Shown here piece by piece: positions 26,468-27,687 of a DNA stretch of 27,687 nt (position 1 is its first letter; the number at the start of each line of letters is the position of its first letter). This DNA is from an uncultured Pseudomonadota bacterium. Lineage in GTDB: Bacteria > SAR324 > NAC60-12. Position numbers and translations under genes: made by a program. The notes beneath the pieces were generated by a model that was not told the origin of the DNA, ran no database searches, and saw only the letters and a program-made list of their open reading frames with translations. The stretch is taken from assembly GCA_913020725.1 (NCBI GenBank), contig CAJWCD010000037.1:1-27687 (forward strand). Reading direction: 5' to 3'.

Positions 26468-26857
26468 TCAGGTGGAAGTGCCAAATCCGCTGCCCGCCTT
26501 GCGGTACTCCTCCCTCGGTGGACTGAAGACATCGAGAATCGTCGAGCTGGATGCTTCCGTGCGGATCCCGTGCAGCACACCTCCCGGAGTGTGCCAGAAA
26601 TCTCCCGCTTTCATGCGCACCTCCTCATCGCCTTGAATGCGGATGCACTCGCCCTTCAGCAGCACTCCCCACTGCTCCTCCGGATGTTTGTGGATGCGGC
26701 CTTGCGAGTGTGGTTCCACCTGCACCACCGAAAGCATCGCTTGCTCACCCACAAAAATCCGGGTGCTGATGCCCGGACCCAAGACGCGCTGGAGCCCTTG
26801 GGTGTCGTCATCCAACCGGAAAACCCAATCCGGTGCCTTGGTCATGTTATCGGTCAT
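26468..26857 (-). CDS. Cupin_2 domain protein
   Basis: Motifs IHKHPEEQWG...G, PGGVLHG and LDVFSPPREEY. Start uncertain (26857 preferred over 26977). Confidence 0.85.
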   Translation of the reverse strand: MTDNMTKAPDWVFRLDDDTQGLQRVLGPGISTRIFVGEQAMLSVVQVEPHSQGRIHKHPEEQWGVLLKGECIRIQGDEEVRMKAGDFWHTPGGVLHGIRTEASSSTILDVFSPPREEYRKAGSGFGTST

Positions 26858-27094
26858 TGTTGCTTTTCTGGTGTCATGAGATTTTCGCATTTCCACTCCC
26901 TCACACACTCGCAGGTTCATAGCATCATCGACAAGCTCAATAATCAGTCCCGAAAATGTCTTGGCTTCAAGATTCAAAATCAGCTATGCTCCCGAATCCG
27001 CCCACCTGTTGCACTTACGAGTTGAGTCCGCACTCCATAGCAATATGTGGGGAATCCGACAAAACAAGCGTTATTGGATTTCAACTCACTTTAG

Positions 27095-27687
27095 ATGGTT
27101 TCTAATTTGTCCGCGCATGGCTGGTTTCACGCCGGATTGCGTGAGGTGTTCGTGCGGAATGAAGCCGCCCGTTTTCCGGGACTGGATGGTCTGCGGGCAC
27201 TGGCGATTCTGCTCGTCATTTGCTTCCACGGCTTTTTCTTCACGCAATACGCCTTTCAGGAACACCACCAGTTTCCAGAGTTTGTCGAGCAGGTTCCCCG
27301 CCTGCTGACGTGGGTCTGGCAGGGGGACAAGGGGGTGGATGTGTTCTTCGTGCTCAGTGGTTTCCTGATGGGCTGGATGCTCTGCGGGGAGTACGCCCGC
27401 ACCCAGCAACTGTCCTGGCGACGTTTCTACCTGCGGCGCTGGGGGCGCATCTACCCTGCCTACCTGCTCGCCCTGCTGCTCTACCTGCCGTTCGGCCAAA
27501 ACGTTGAATACTTCTGGGCGAACCTGATTCCAGTCAACAATCTGATTTCGCTGGAAAAAATCTACATCCCGTGGAGTTGGTCGCTCACCGTCGAATTGCA
27601 GTTCTACCTGCTCTGCCCGCTGCTCGTTTGGGCGCTGGTCCGGAGTCGATTTGGCTGGTTGGCGGTGCTGGGGTTGGCAGTGCTGGC
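27095..27687 (+). CDS. Acyltransferase 3 family (OafA/YrhL-like), truncated by the window edge
   Basis: Manual translation from ATG 27095: ...RFPGLDGLRALAILLVICFH...GVDVFFVLSGFLM...FYLRRWGRIYPAY...WSLTVELQFYLL. No stop before the window end, hence missing from the ORF track. Confidence 0.9.
   Translation, partial: MVSNLSAHGWFHAGLREVFVRNEAARFPGLDGLRALAILLVICFHGFFFTQYAFQEHHQFPEFVEQVPRLLTWVWQGDKGVDVFFVLSGFLMGWMLCGEYARTQQLSWRRFYLRRWGRIYPAYLLALLLYLPFGQNVEYFWANLIPVNNLISLEKIYIPWSWSLTVELQFYLLCPLLVWALVRSRFGWLAVLGLAVL

Noticed and set aside
1..27687. CRISPR array, tRNA/rRNA, IS element or integrase
   Set aside because: No regularly spaced repeats, RNA-gene signatures or transposase/recombinase motifs were seen by eye.

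Overview
Bacterial chromosomal window, almost entirely catabolic and transport genes. On the + strand (217-4937) is a form II-type aerobic CO dehydrogenase/Mo-hydroxylase operon (coxS-coxL-coxM, CoxL loop AYRGAGR) followed by a pirin. Everything from 4975 to 26857 is on the - strand. In transcription order it holds: cupin, GFA-family protein, a first Liv-type ABC transporter, then a visibly lower-GC block. That block encodes a TIGR04076-like Cys protein, an aldo-keto reductase (AKR) with Tyr at the catalytic His position, a second Liv-type ABC transporter, an AKR-Rid fusion, a Rid protein, hydantoinase/oxoprolinase A+B, an SRPBCC protein and a kynureninase-like PLP enzyme. It is followed by a DUF4258/DUF2283 toxin-antitoxin pair whose toxin carries an in-frame TAG, and a Tat-less reductive dehalogenase. 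A partial acyltransferase-3 gene (+) runs off the right edge. The best candidate for an undescribed system is the 6.7-21.2 kb cluster, which looks like an uptake-plus-degradation pathway for an unknown N-heterocyclic or tryptophan-derived compound; the substrate is inference. All family calls come from motif recognition by eye, with no database search.
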